The notes beneath the pieces are model-generated. The model worked only from the letters and a program-made list of their open reading frames with translations, searched no databases and was not told the origin of the DNA. Below, in pieces: positions 27,077-38,781 of a stretch of DNA of 64,000 nt (positions are counted from its first letter, which is position 1; every line of letters begins with the position of its first letter). This stretch comes from Eledone cirrhosa (lineage: Eukaryota). A program made the translations under genes and the position numbers. The stretch lies in assembly GCA_964016885.1 (NCBI GenBank), contig OZ024753.1, positions 248,001 through 312,000 of the forward strand, given 5' to 3'.

Positions 27077-30073
27077 TCTCTTTACATGTTCTTCCAAATA
27101 ATAGTTTAATAACAATATCATAGACTTCAGGATGAACTTTTATTTAACCTAATGATAGGTATTACAAATTCATCCACGAGGTTGAGGAACCACATTTTGC
27201 TATGTTCCATACAAACCAATGAACAAGTAAATTTTTTTTAAAATAGAGGGTGATTATCATAATAGTAACAATCAGATACAAATATGGTTGTCTGGTCAAA
27301 AGGTTTGCTTCTCAACCATATGGTTCTGGGTTCAAACCTACTGTGTGGCACCATGGACATGTGTCTACTATAGTTAAAGGTTGACCAATACTAAGTGGAA
27401 TTTGGTAGATGAAAACTGAATAAGCTAATCATGTTAATGTGTAATATGTGTGTGTGTGTATGTATGTATTTTTAGGCATGTACATACAAGGGTGTTTGAA
27501 AACATTGGCAATTAAGGGGGGGGGGGGGGGAATTGGTGTGTTAAAATGTTGATTTAGCCACTTGATAAAACTTAGATGGGTAAAATAAGTACCAAACTGA
27601 AATAGTACTGGGATCAACCCATTAGCATTTAAACCAGCCATATCCAGCCAGAATTATTTCACTTCTTTCTGTTCAAACTGGCCACTAATACAGACGTTAA
27701 GGTATTGTTCTCAAAATAAATAACATCAAAATCTCAGATTCGATATGTGAGCTAAAGCCTTTACCACGAAAATACAATAGTATATATAGAGTAATATAAA
27801 GGCTAAATGGTTAATATTATCAACTAAATGTCCTTGGTGATGGCAGTGCCCCAGCATGGCTACAGTTCAATGACTGAAACCAGTAAAAGAAAATTAAATA
27901 GAGGAATCAGTGAAACAACAGCTGGAAGGAGTAAAAAAAGAGGCCACAATGGTGTCAGGAACTATCTAGAAGGTCAACATCAAATTTTAAAATGGTTGAC
28001 AACAAATACTAGTTGACCTGAAAAATCTAATCACAAGACACCCAACAAAGCTAAAAGTGGAAGAAAAGCAAACGACTTACTACTGATCTACTTTAACGAG
28101 GTTAATGATGGAATTAATTGGGACAGAATAGTTGATAAATTTATATGAGAGTTGAAGGCAGTGAGTAGTGGAACACAGCCAATAATACTACACTGTGACC
28201 TTTACACTGTATTATTAAGTAGAATACAAAAACTGCTACATCTTCAATACTTGATGGAAATATTGCTATGATTGTAGCTTTAACCCTTTAGAATTTAAAC
28301 TGGCCATATCCAGCCAGAATTCTCTCACTTCTTTCTGTTCAAACTAGGTATTGTTCTCAAAATAAATAACATCAAAATCTCATAGATTCAATATTATGTG
28401 AGATAAAGCCCTTACCACGAAAATACAATAGTGTAATGTAAATGTGAATTTGAAATATCGAAAGTCAACATCTGTGATTATAGCTTGTAACATGAAATAA
28501 TATGAGGGATGAGGAAGGCAGACAAATATTTTTTTTTTTTTTTTTAAAGGGAGAGAAAAGCAATTTTGATAAAATGCGAGAAAATAATGTGACAGAAAGT
28601 GACAATGATATCAATCAGAAAATTTAAAAGAGGGGAAAACGATGGAAACAACTTACCTTACTGGCACAATCAAATCCTGTTCCGAGGGTGACCAAAGTCT
28701 TGAGAATAACAGGATCATCATTGCACTTAACAGCTGTAAATAAACATAACACAAACATTACACAGGAACTGTACAAATGTTGCAATAGTAACAATTATTC
28801 ACACAGCAATTTAGGGAGTTCATCAGCTTAAAGATTCATCCATCAACATCATCACTGTTTAATGTCCATTTTTCCATGCTTGCATGGGTTGTAACGTTAG
28901 GACACGAGTCAGGTCTTGTCCGTACAGATCTGTATTTTAGCTTGGTTTCTATGGCTGGATGCCCCTCCTAGTGTGGACTGGGTGCTTTCTGTCGTGTCAC
29001 CAGCACACCATACAGAGTGCTCAAATGTTCCACATTTTGCATGGTTTCTACAGATGGATGACCTTCCTAACATCAACCACCTTATAGAGTATATATATAT
29101 ACTGAGTGCATTTATCATGGCACCAGCACTACTGAACAGATGCAAATACTCTCTGAGTAAAATAACTTAGAAATATTTGGTCAATGGATTCTTTAAACAT
29201 AGGATCAAAGATAACATAAGACATATTCTCAAGTATAGGTACTTACCATAAAATGGCTTTATTCTTGGTAGTTTGACATTCCAATTGCAATATTTTTCAA
29301 TAATATCACCAATGTTGCAAATGGTGAAAGCATCTTCGCACCCCTGCAGAAAATAATTGAGAGAATCAGTACAATTTAGCTTACTTATCAAACATTTGCT
29401 ATTATTGCTGTTTTAAGACAATACATTACAACAGGTGATAACAACAATTATTTTAAGACCATCTTTCTTGCTAAAAAAATGAGGTTGGTGCAAGGAAGGG
29501 CATCCAGCTGTAGAAACCAAGTCAAAATCAGTTATGTATGAGCAAGACATGGTCACCTGACCTGGCATTGCTTACAACAGGATAACTCATCTAACCCATG
29601 CCAACATGGAAAAATGGACGTTAAGTGATGATCTCAGCTCACCAAGGACCGGCTTTCATTTCCACTTCCATCATTTTTAGCTGTGTCTTTCTTTTTTCTA
29701 CTTCTGCTTCCCATACTTGTGTGTATTTTGTTTAGAATAGGTTCACCATATCCCAGTGTATCGTAAGAAGTGACGAAAAGATCTGATGCTAAGAAGGGTA
29801 TTTATTCTATTTACCCCAAAAATTAAAAACAAACTTGTAATTCAACAGGGTTTGATTGTAGAAGGACCTAACTAAATACTTTCAAGATATTTTGATACCC
29901 ACCTCCCTGGTATTAGGAACAACAATGACAAGAACTATAAAAGAACTTACTGTCTTTTTGCGATCTTCTATCAGTTGAGCTACAAGCTCCTTATGGGAAG
30001 GATTGGGAAGCAGTTCTGGGACTTTGATGTTAATTTGACGTCTCATAATTTCGGAGGAATCTTCAAGCGGCAT
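15686..30073 (-). CDS. ODC1: Ornithine decarboxylase, 10 coding exons, 460 aa: join(30073-29951, 29343-29247, 28733-28657, 27012-26840, 25892-25755, 25385-25220, 24466-24307, 19901-19777, 17047-16833, 15794-15686)
   Basis: All introns are GT-AG with matching phases and the exon lengths sum to 1383 nt. Motifs PFYAVKCN (PLP Lys76), [68 protein letters not shown] (Cys371) and NMGAYT are diagnostic of eukaryotic ODC. Confidence 0.95.
16833..17047 (-). CDS. ODC1: ODC coding exon 9: [71 protein letters not shown]
   Basis: ctttcag acceptor, gtaagg donor; catalytic WGPTCDG motif. Confidence 0.95.
19777..19901 (-). CDS. ODC1: ODC coding exon 8: [42 protein letters not shown]
   Basis: ttttgttgaag acceptor, gtaaat donor; [13 protein letters not shown] motif. 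Confidence 0.93.
20760..21833 (+). mobile_element. RTE-clade LINE 3' portion in an ODC intron (antisense to ODC)
   Basis: ORF 20703-21470 with CGRC...DSFRYLG...[18 protein letters not shown]...MLRWMC...RRLRWYGH...GRPRKTW; (GAT)n tail. Confidence 0.88.
22328..24166 (-). mobile_element. Internally deleted piggyBac transposon with a frameshifted transposase N-terminus (about 23315-23937)
   Basis: 14-bp TIRs CCCTTTAGCATTCA flanked by TTAA on both sides; acidic N-terminus then PGBD-like ...W.PTD..EMKAF...[15 protein letters not shown]...YISSIM..TRF..LNQYLH...DPLY. Confidence 0.85.
22617..23025 (+). mobile_element. Third CR1 3' fragment, nested inside the piggyBac element
   Basis: [20 protein letters not shown]...[14 protein letters not shown]; same 3'UTR and tail. 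Confidence 0.8.
24307..24466 (-). CDS. ODC1: ODC coding exon 7: [53 protein letters not shown]
   Basis: ttttctag acceptor, gtaaga donor; AEPGRY motif. Confidence 0.95.
25220..25385 (-). CDS. ODC1: ODC coding exon 6: [55 protein letters not shown]
   Basis: ttctag acceptor, gtaagt donor; FHVGS and DIGGGF motifs (ORF track 25100..25447). Confidence 0.95.
25755..25892 (-). CDS. ODC1: ODC coding exon 5: [46 protein letters not shown]
   Basis: tttcttag acceptor, gtatgt donor; LSxKFG motif. Confidence 0.93.
26840..27012 (-). CDS. ODC1: ODC coding exon 4: [57 protein letters not shown]
   Basis: Poly-T/aacag acceptor, gtaagt donor; IIYANPCK and MTFD motifs. Confidence 0.95.
28657..28733 (-). CDS. 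ODC1: ODC coding exon 3: [26 protein letters not shown]
   Basis: tttacag acceptor, gtaagt donor; contains the PLP-binding lysine. Confidence 0.95.
29247..29343 (-). CDS. ODC1: ODC coding exon 2: [32 protein letters not shown]
   Basis: ctgcag acceptor, gtaagt donor; matches the ODC DAF...LPR..PFY segment. Confidence 0.93.
29951..30073 (-). CDS. ODC1: ODC coding exon 1 (transcript exon 3, 29951-30106): [41 protein letters not shown]
   Basis: Acceptor tttcttcctttcag before 30106; donor gtaagt after 29951; phase 0 into the next exon; second in-frame ATG at 30046. Confidence 0.8.
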
Positions 30074-31564
30074 AGAGAGGAGTGATCAAGTAATAATACA
30101 AACAATCTGAAAGGAAGAAAAGATATATTGAACAAGATTGAAATGGTTGGAAAAAAAAACAACACAAGCAATAAAGAATAGAATTTATTTTTATTCCCAA
30201 ACAACACTACATTTCTATAACACTGCTAAACCCGATTTCTTGTTACGACAAGGACACACTTTAGCATTTACCAGTTGCTGACTATCTCTCAAGTAAAACC
30301 CACAATGGAGTATACTGCTTCCATATACAAGATGGTGTTGTTGCTGCACATGTATACATTCTAGACTACATCTAGGTTTAAAAAGACAAAAAAAAAAGCA
30401 ATGATTAATGCTATCCACAAGTATTGCTTTTCTTCACTTTGCTACCTCTATTGCTACTATAACCTCTGCTATTCTCAACTAGTTACCTAACTTTGCCCAT
30501 CATTCTAGCTAACTTCCCTGTTCATATTTCTCAGGACTACAGCTCTACCGGAATTCTCCTTCTTTGTAAAACATTAAACCTACAAATTTTCAAACTGAAC
30601 ATAAACTGTGCCAACCACACAATCCTCTTCAAGGTCAGAGTCCTGTCGCTGACTAACATATAAATATAAATATTTCTCTAGAGCTAAATATAACTAAGTT
30701 GGTTCTGTACAGTAATAAGTTAAGGTGCCTGACCTTTCAAGGTCAACAATTTAAACACTTTTTTATCTCTCTATATTTGATTTGCCATGCTTCAATAACT
30801 GTCCTTCCCACTCCACTGAGTTTCAAGGCAAGACTTTATTACTCATCAGTGTGGGATAGCAAAGCAACTGGTGAGCTCAATCAAGGAAATATGCTAACAG
30901 TTGGAAAATTTAGATTTAATTCCCACCCTGGCAAATATAAAAGAAACAGACATAACATATACATGTCTATACCTTGTATTTGCATAGGACAAGGGAGTGT
31001 ATGAGTCAGCATGTGTGTGTGTGTATCATCATCATGGAATATATATATACTCGAATATAAGGCAAGGAATATGTGACCAAGAAAAAAAAATCAATGTTAA
31101 AATGGGGTGGGTGTGTACTTATATTCAAGGTCAACATTTTGATGATTTTTCACCAACTTCAAATTTTATGTAAATAAGTCCTAGAATATCTAGTGATTAT
31201 TTTACAATTGAAACAATGATTTTCTACATCTAATACATCATTAGTGTTATTTATGCAGTCCCATGAAAATATTTCCAACAAATTTTTGTAATTGAACTTT
31301 TCAATACATAAATGTGTTGATTAGCAGCCTTGGTTTATAAATGGTGTTTGGATTTTTGCTAATTTTTCAGGGGTGGCTTATATTTGAGTATAAGGGACTT
31401 GTGTAGGTGTCAAGACAAAAAGCACCCAGTACTCACTATAAATGTGGTTGACGTTAGGAAGGGCATCCTGTTCTGTATGAGCAAGATATGGTCATCTGAC
31501 TTTGACTTGCCTCAAATAGTGTGGAAAATGGACGTTAAATTGTGAAGATGATGATAATGATACA

Positions 31565-31595
<31 letters not shown>

Positions 31596-33612
31596 ATCAT
31601 TGTCATGTTTACATCTGCTTTTTTTCATGCTTGCGTGAACTGGAGAAGACATTTTAAGGCAGGTTTTTAGAGCTGGATGCCTTTCCTCATATGAATCCTT
31701 ATCTTAGTTTAGGCATGGTATATATACCACTGAAGTTTTTTAAACTGCTATGCTGCAGGGAGGTATTGTTTAGGGGTGACAAACCTCTTAACTATGAGCC
31801 ATGCCTATGCATATATAGTGACATGTATATGTTAATATATAATTTATCTAAAGACACGACTATGTTCGAAGTTTCCCTTTTTTTATTAAATGTTTTCATT
31901 AGGAACTTTGTTGCTCCCAATGAGCTTTAAAGGACTCATCATGATAAAAAAATTTTAAAACTCCAATAATCTGTCTTCAATAACACGTCTAAAAAGAAAG
32001 CTGTTCTTATATATACAAACTCCAACAGCATTCTAATAAATATTGCCTGTACAGGTAATCAAAGTGTGTATATATTTTGGGGGGACACCCTGTATATGGT
32101 ATGTGTGAGAGAGAGAGAGAGATCAAAGAAAAAAAAAACAGATACAGGTTATTTTATTATTATCCTTAAATGGAGAAGTAATTTAGCCACCCTCTTTCCT
32201 CTCTCAAAAATGTACATACTGCTAGAGTTTAAATATTTAAGATGAATGTTACAGTTTTCCAACATAGTAAAATAGTCATTCACTGGTTCACTGTATATAT
32301 GGCAGCAAGTAATAAGAACCAACACTACACAAGGTGTCTTTGTTTTAAAAGCACCAATTTTTTTGATGATGTCTACACATTTCATCAATATTTTCCCTAC
32401 TGATTTGGCTGGAAGTGGCTGTGCCTATGATCTACGCAGATCTTCCAAGACTAGTGAGATTTAATGTTGTTAATGTTACAACACAATAGTTAAAAGAGGA
32501 GGAGAGACAGTACCTGAATGGTGATAGAATAAATTCTTGGAGTCAATACAGATTTGAAGCATTTAAGTCACAAAAAGTGCCCAGCCCTCATTGTAAAGTG
32601 GTCATGTAGGTGTCAACAAAAAGCACCCAGCATAAACTGTAAATGTGGTTGGCATTAGGAAGGGCATCCAGCAGTAGAAGCCAAGCTAAAATCAGTTCTG
32701 TGTGAGCGAAACACTGTCCTCCAACTTGATCTCTCACAAAGAGTCAACCCGTCCTACCATGCTAGCATGGAAAATGGATGTTAAAATATAATGATGATGA
32801 AGATAGCATCCGAAACGTTAAGACCCTCTTCCTGCTATTTCAAGCATTAAACTAATATATTCCTTTCATATACTGTACCGATTGTGTTTACCTTTTACAT
32901 ATATATATATGGATCCTAATCAATTTTGACTGCATGGACCTACTAGTTCTAAGTAAAATTTATTAGCAGCTGATTTAATCAGATATAAACAAGCCTTGCT
33001 AAGAAGGATCTAATAAGGAAACCAATACTTTAGTTGGTTTCACTCAGAACTAAACTAAAAGTAGTTTTTAAAAGAATTATGAAAATGTTTTGTTCGGAAG
33101 TTAAACTCACACTGCCTACCACTACATAACTTGCCCGGTAACAGCCTCCCATCCCAGTTTTTTTAAAAAAATCAATGAAGTATTTTTTACACTACTTGCA
33201 TCTTCCACATTGTAACAGCTGAGTAATGACATAGTATTCAATTGATTACATTAGTATTTAGTTATTTTTGACAATAGCTGACAGCCATTGTTAAACAGTA
33301 TGCCATACAACCTCAACATTATGTATACCTACTACTAATGAGTATAGAAGGTGTGCTTAGGAATGAGAAGTTACTGGGTTTGTCCCAATCCTCAATCTGC
33401 TCAGGTAAATTCTAGGTGACATTCTTAACTTGAAGGAAGTCTGGTTATATGATTAGATTAGGCAGAATATCTAACAAGATCCCTAACATCATAGACAAAC
33501 AGCAATAAAATTACACCCAAACAACTGTGCTAGCATTTCTGGGTGTAAAATTATTTTTAAGAAATAGACACTTTATCATGAAATATCATTGAACAGTGTT
33601 TCAGACACTTAA

Positions 33613-36600
33613 CCCTTTAGCATTTACATTACTCTATATATACTATTATATTTTCATGGCAAAAGCTTTACCTCACTCAATATTGAATCTATGAGATTTT
33701 GATATTATATATTTTGAGAACAATACATAAACATAAGTATGAATATCTGGTTACAACCAGTTTGAACAGAAAGAGGTAAGAGAATTCTAGCCGGTTTAAA
33801 TCTTGTGTTTCTAATAAGTAAACATATATTCAAGGCTTCAGAAGATTTGTACAAATATACACAAATACATATGTATACATACACACATCATTTTACATCC
33901 ACTTTTCCATGTTTACTCTCCTTAATGGGTTGAGGAACATCTCACTCAAATATATAAATTCCATTCTGCCCTTCTTATCGCAAAACATTTTACTAAGTGT
34001 AGTGGGTACATTTTATTGTTGTACTAACACTAGAGAGATTGTCTTGTTCTTGTCATGACTAAAGAGTTCATTCTATTTTGTTTTGGCATGGTTTCCACAG
34101 TTGGATACCTTTCTTAATGCTAACTACTTTGCAGGGTGTACTGAGTACATTTTATCATGCCAACCAGAGAGGTACTCTCTCTCTCTCTTTCATATATATA
34201 TTTTACACTCAGTCATATACATATATATACAGATGGATATACATATATACATACACTTTAAAAATAAGTGTTTTTAGATGCATAAATAAGTATTTTTAGA
34301 TGTACATAGTGCATCTTATAGTGGCACCAGCACTGAGAAGGTGTCAAGTTCTTGGCATACGTGTATAGACAAGACATATATATATATCCAACCCTAAATA
34401 TATAAACACATGGAATTATATTTGTGTGGTATGAATGCATATACACATATACACACATACTATGGAAGACTTTATAAATAGCTTCTCAGATGAATATTAG
34501 ATAATTTTTCACACATCTATAAAAACATAATGAAAAGCTACAATACACCCACCACCAAAATATTATCAATAGTCCAGTTAAAAACATTTCCTTAAGGCTT
34601 ATTATATTTAAATGAACAAATATTCAAGTTAACTTCTGCACACTATAATACAGCTTTTACAAGTGGCTTTGATGAAGAAAGAAAATATATCTCTAATACA
34701 ACCAGACCTTTGAACTGAAAATGACAAATCATCATTGCCGTTTTATGTTAGTTTTGGAATGCTTTCTACGATTAGATGCAATTTCCTACAACCAACCACT
34801 TTACACCATACGTTGAGTGCCTTTTGTGATACCAGCACTACTTTTTATTGTGTTTTATCAGGGCTACAGCCCTACCACCTGACTGAGTGCAAGTCACTAC
34901 ACCCATAAATTCAGTACACATACACCTACACATTCCATTCCAACAGCTGTAAATATCAAACTATTTAACAAAACCACAAAAATCTACTTCATGCCCTGCA
35001 ATTTTGCCTAACCTATCAAAATGAAAAACCCAACAGCTTAAATACAACTCACGGAACTGTAAACTATACAGACAATAGTATCTGTCCACTTGAAGGTAAC
35101 TGCCAAATATAAGATATACTCTACCACAGAAATTCTCAAACCTTTTGGGCAACAGCCACCCCATCTCATGGAGCCTCTGGAGGACGATAGCGCCCACTCT
35201 CAGAACTGCTGGTCTACCATTTCATAACTCAAATAGAAAAGCAGTAAGTTTCCCTAAGCTAAAGGATTCTAACAGACCTTTAATATTGTCTGGAATATTC
35301 TATCTGCTAACCCACAGACTCAATAAGACATAATATCTTTACACATCTAAAACTTATCTCTAAAATAAAATTACTTAAACACTGAACTTGTTTCTTCATG
35401 CTGACAAAACTTTCAGCACCTTGAAATATTTGAAACCTATCATTCATGCCATAAGTTCTCCCACCCTAATACCTCTATGCCATACGTTCTCCATACACTG
35501 ACAACAAGAAACCACATGTCACAACTGACTATTTCTGCTCCTTTTCATTTACACTATAACAATTTATTTTACATTAAATGTTTTGTTATATGTTAACCCT
35601 TTAGCATTCACATTACTCTTTTTTACTATTGTATTTTCACAGAAAAGGCTTTATCTCACATAATATTGAATCTATGAGATTTTGATATTTATTTTGAGAA
35701 CACTACCTTAACATCAATACGAGTGGTCAGTTACAGCCGGTTTGAACAGAAAGAGGTGAGAACAGTTTAAATGCTAAATGGTTAATTTACATACTCCAAT
35801 AATATTCATGTTTGTGAATTAGTATATTTGTATATGATATTGTGTTCATAAATATATATAGTACTGCTGCTACAATAAAATACTCCCAGTACACTGCATA
35901 GTGGTTGGCATTAGGAAGGGAATCCAGTCATAGAAACCGTGCCAAAAATTATTACAGTTCTATGTGGAAGCAATGCGTGTTTATATACATACATAAATAT
36001 TTTACTCTATAATATAATATATATATATATATTTAAACTCAGATCTCAGAGAGTAAAAAAAAATACTGCAATGCATTCTATCTGACGTTTTAATAACTGC
36101 TACTTCGACACTTTACTTACATATAAAATGTGCAACAGATGCATTTGTAAAGATAATCTGGCTTCTGAAAAGGATTGTCGAAAACAGAGAGAGGGGTAGG
36201 GAGGATTAGTAAAGACAATTGTATGAAAACTTGCTTAGAAAGCAAGTTTTCATACAATGAATGTATAATATCTTACCTGGTCGGTAGGAACACCTGCACT
36301 CAGCCGATGCTAGCTGGGATCCCACGGTGGTTCTGCGTTAAAGTTGAATTTCCGCTTGAAACGGCAGAAGCCCTCGGGATTTTCTATGTAATAAAGACCA
36401 GAACAGCCGCCCTGAAAAAATATATAAGATACATTAAAATAAGAAGTTTCAGAATTTTTCTTATATTGAATTAACTCTTTTGATACCACCTCTATCATTA
36501 GATACAAAGCTCTGCAGTTTTAAAATATTTATATTTAAGTGAAACCCTACCACAATTTTTAAGTTTAGAACATGACATAGGCTAAATAATGTCAGATATT

Positions 36601-38781
36601 TTAATAAATTCCTCCAAATTGTTCATTATTTCCAAAATTCGTTGAAACACAGAGACAGTGTATTTCATTAAAAATAGGGAAATGAATAGGTTAAGGTCAA
36701 AAAGAGAATTTATTTGTAATCTGTCAACACAAGTTTGATCATATATGCACACAAAATGCCTCTAGTCAAGATAAAAATAATTTTGAAAAAAAATATATAT
36801 ATAAAGAATGTTTCCACTAGTATAAACTAGTGTCAAAATATCAGTCATTCTTGCTGCTGTGATTAGATTTTATTTTTATATATTTCTGTTGTGTTGTTAT
36901 GACAGAATTTAGAAAAACAACCAGGGCAATATACTAAATTGTAAGCAGCTAGAAAGATATGGAAGAATTAGCCTAATGTTAAAAGGTGGAGGACAGAAAG
37001 GTTATTTAACTAGTTTGGTCAATGTTAAACACTACATGGCTTTTAAAGCAGATATAAACTATGCAAGCAGCCCTAATTACACAAGCATTATTCAGTTATT
37101 TAGATATACTTATCTCAATGTTTAATAGACATAAATGATGCATTAGATTAAACAAGACAGCAAAAGGAGCCAATGTTTTAAATATATTTACATTTGTAGC
37201 TTATAGATTCAAGTTAGCAGCATCAATTAATATCACATGAGCCAGTTGATTATGCAGTTTATTTTTGTTAGGTAAAGTACAAATTAATTAATAGATATTA
37301 ATTAACAGTATGGTTTGGTATAAGTTTCATTGAAGAGACACAGAATAGCATATTGAAATACTAGGTTTTAAAGATTCAACTTGGACAGAAGATATGTAGT
37401 GTACTACACAGTAAATACTAGTTTTTGGGGCCCCAAAATACTATCTGTAAAATATTTACAAGATAATATCAGTTATATTAACCCATAACCATTTAGATTA
37501 CTCTATATTTACTATTATATTTTTACAGTAAAGGCTTTAACTTACATAATTATCGCATATAATATCGAATCTATGAGATTTTGATATTTATTTTGAGAAC
37601 AATACCTTAACATCAGCATGAGTGGTCAATTACAGCCAGCTTGAACAGAAAGAGGTGAGGGAATTCTGGCCGGATATGGCTAGTTTAAATGCTAAAGGGT
37701 TAAAGAGCTGTATACTGATATATTCATCAATAGCATGTGTATTCTCTGCTAAAGGTACCATGTGGTGGTACAATCCCAACAACAATAATAGTTTCTACTT
37801 TTGGTACAAGGCCAGCAATTAACCAGAGCATTACTGGTACTTTATTTAATCGACCCTGTAAGGATGAAAGGCAAAGTTAACCGCGGCAGGGTTTGAACTC
37901 AGAATGGAAAGGGCCGTAACTCTATGCGTCAAAGCATGACGTCCGACCCTCTACCGATACTGCCAATCCCAACAATAATGAAGACTGATCACAAATGCAT
38001 GAAACCATAAGGGTACATCTATGTAGTAGCTCATACAAGAAATAGCAGCCAGAACAGCATAGAAAAGGCCAGAATGCCTTACAATGAGGAGTTTGTTCCA
38101 TCAAGGTTGATTTGAGATTAAACAATATACACATGTACCAATTAAACCAAACATTTTCTACTCATAAAGCAAATAGAAAGGAGTCGAACCAGTTCAGTTT
38201 AACCTTTTAGCATTTACATCACTATATTTACTATTGTATTTTCACAGCAAATACTTTACCTCAAATTTATTTTGAGAACAATACCTTAACTTAAGTATGC
38301 GCAGCCAGTTATGGCCAATTTGAACAAAAAGAGGTGAGATAATTCTGGCTGGATATGGCCAGTTTAAATGCTAAAGGGTTAAACAACTGATAAATATGTA
38401 ACTAAATGTTACAAGTTTCTAATTAAAATCTTTAATTGGCCCCTTATTTTCTATGGTAATGTGGGTGAAATAGCAATGCTGTTGTGGTTGCAAAAAAATA
38501 CATTGAATACAATGTAAGCTTTATAAAATGCTAAAGGTTAGGTTAGATGTAGGGTTTTAAAATAGACCCTCACACACAAACTTTAGCATTTACATTACTC
38601 TATATTTACTACTGTATTTTCACAGAAAAGGCTTTATCTCATAATATTGAATCTACGAGATTTTGATATTTATTTTGAGAAGAATACCTTAACATCAGTA
38701 TGAATGGCCAGTTACAGCCGGTTTTAAAAGAAAAAGGTGAGAGAATTCTGGCTTGATATGGCCAGTTTCAATGCTAAAAGG
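33613..38781. mobile_element. Five piggyBac MITE copies in the opposite orientation (33613-33801, 35597-35781, 37482-37699, 38203-38378, 38581-38781)
   Basis: Each starts with a variant of ccctttagcatttacattactc and most end ...tttaaatgctaaagggttaa. Confidence 0.75.
36310..36411 (-). CDS. AUU-initiated uORF (uCC), part 2: GGCSGLYYIENPEGFCRFKRKFNFNAEPPWDPS* (in leader exon 36277-36411)
   Basis: ttttttcag acceptor, CAG|gtaaga donor at 36277; C-terminus FNAEPPW(D/E)PS-stop matches the AZIN1/ODC uCC motif. Confidence 0.88.
   Translation of the reverse strand, partial: GGCSGLYYIENPEGFCRFKRKFNFNAEPPWDPS

Larger units (their letters stand above)
19276..28444. mobile_element. Six co-oriented piggyBac MITE copies in ODC coding introns (19276-19445, 21836-21946, 24550-24695, 26567-26761, 27618-27810, 28284-28444)
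   Basis: Each starts with a variant of ccctttagcatttaaac and carries variants of aaggtattgttctcaaaataa and aaaatctca. Confidence 0.75.

Noticed and set aside
34850-35450. Possible old LINE remnants (also about 6000-6880, 30480-30700 and 47200-47950)
   Set aside because: Only faint resemblance by eye; too decayed to classify without an HMM search.
30074-36312. uCC-ODC fusion protein by stop readthrough (uCC and ODC are in the same frame, 66 nt apart)
   Set aside because: An in-frame TGA lies between them (ATT ACT TGA TCA), so readthrough of the UAG alone gives no fusion.
36412-36507. N-terminal part of the ORF-track call 36310..36507 (MYLMIEVV...FFQ)
   Set aside because: This is intronic sequence upstream of the ttttttcag acceptor; the real N-terminus appears to come from 51492-51445.
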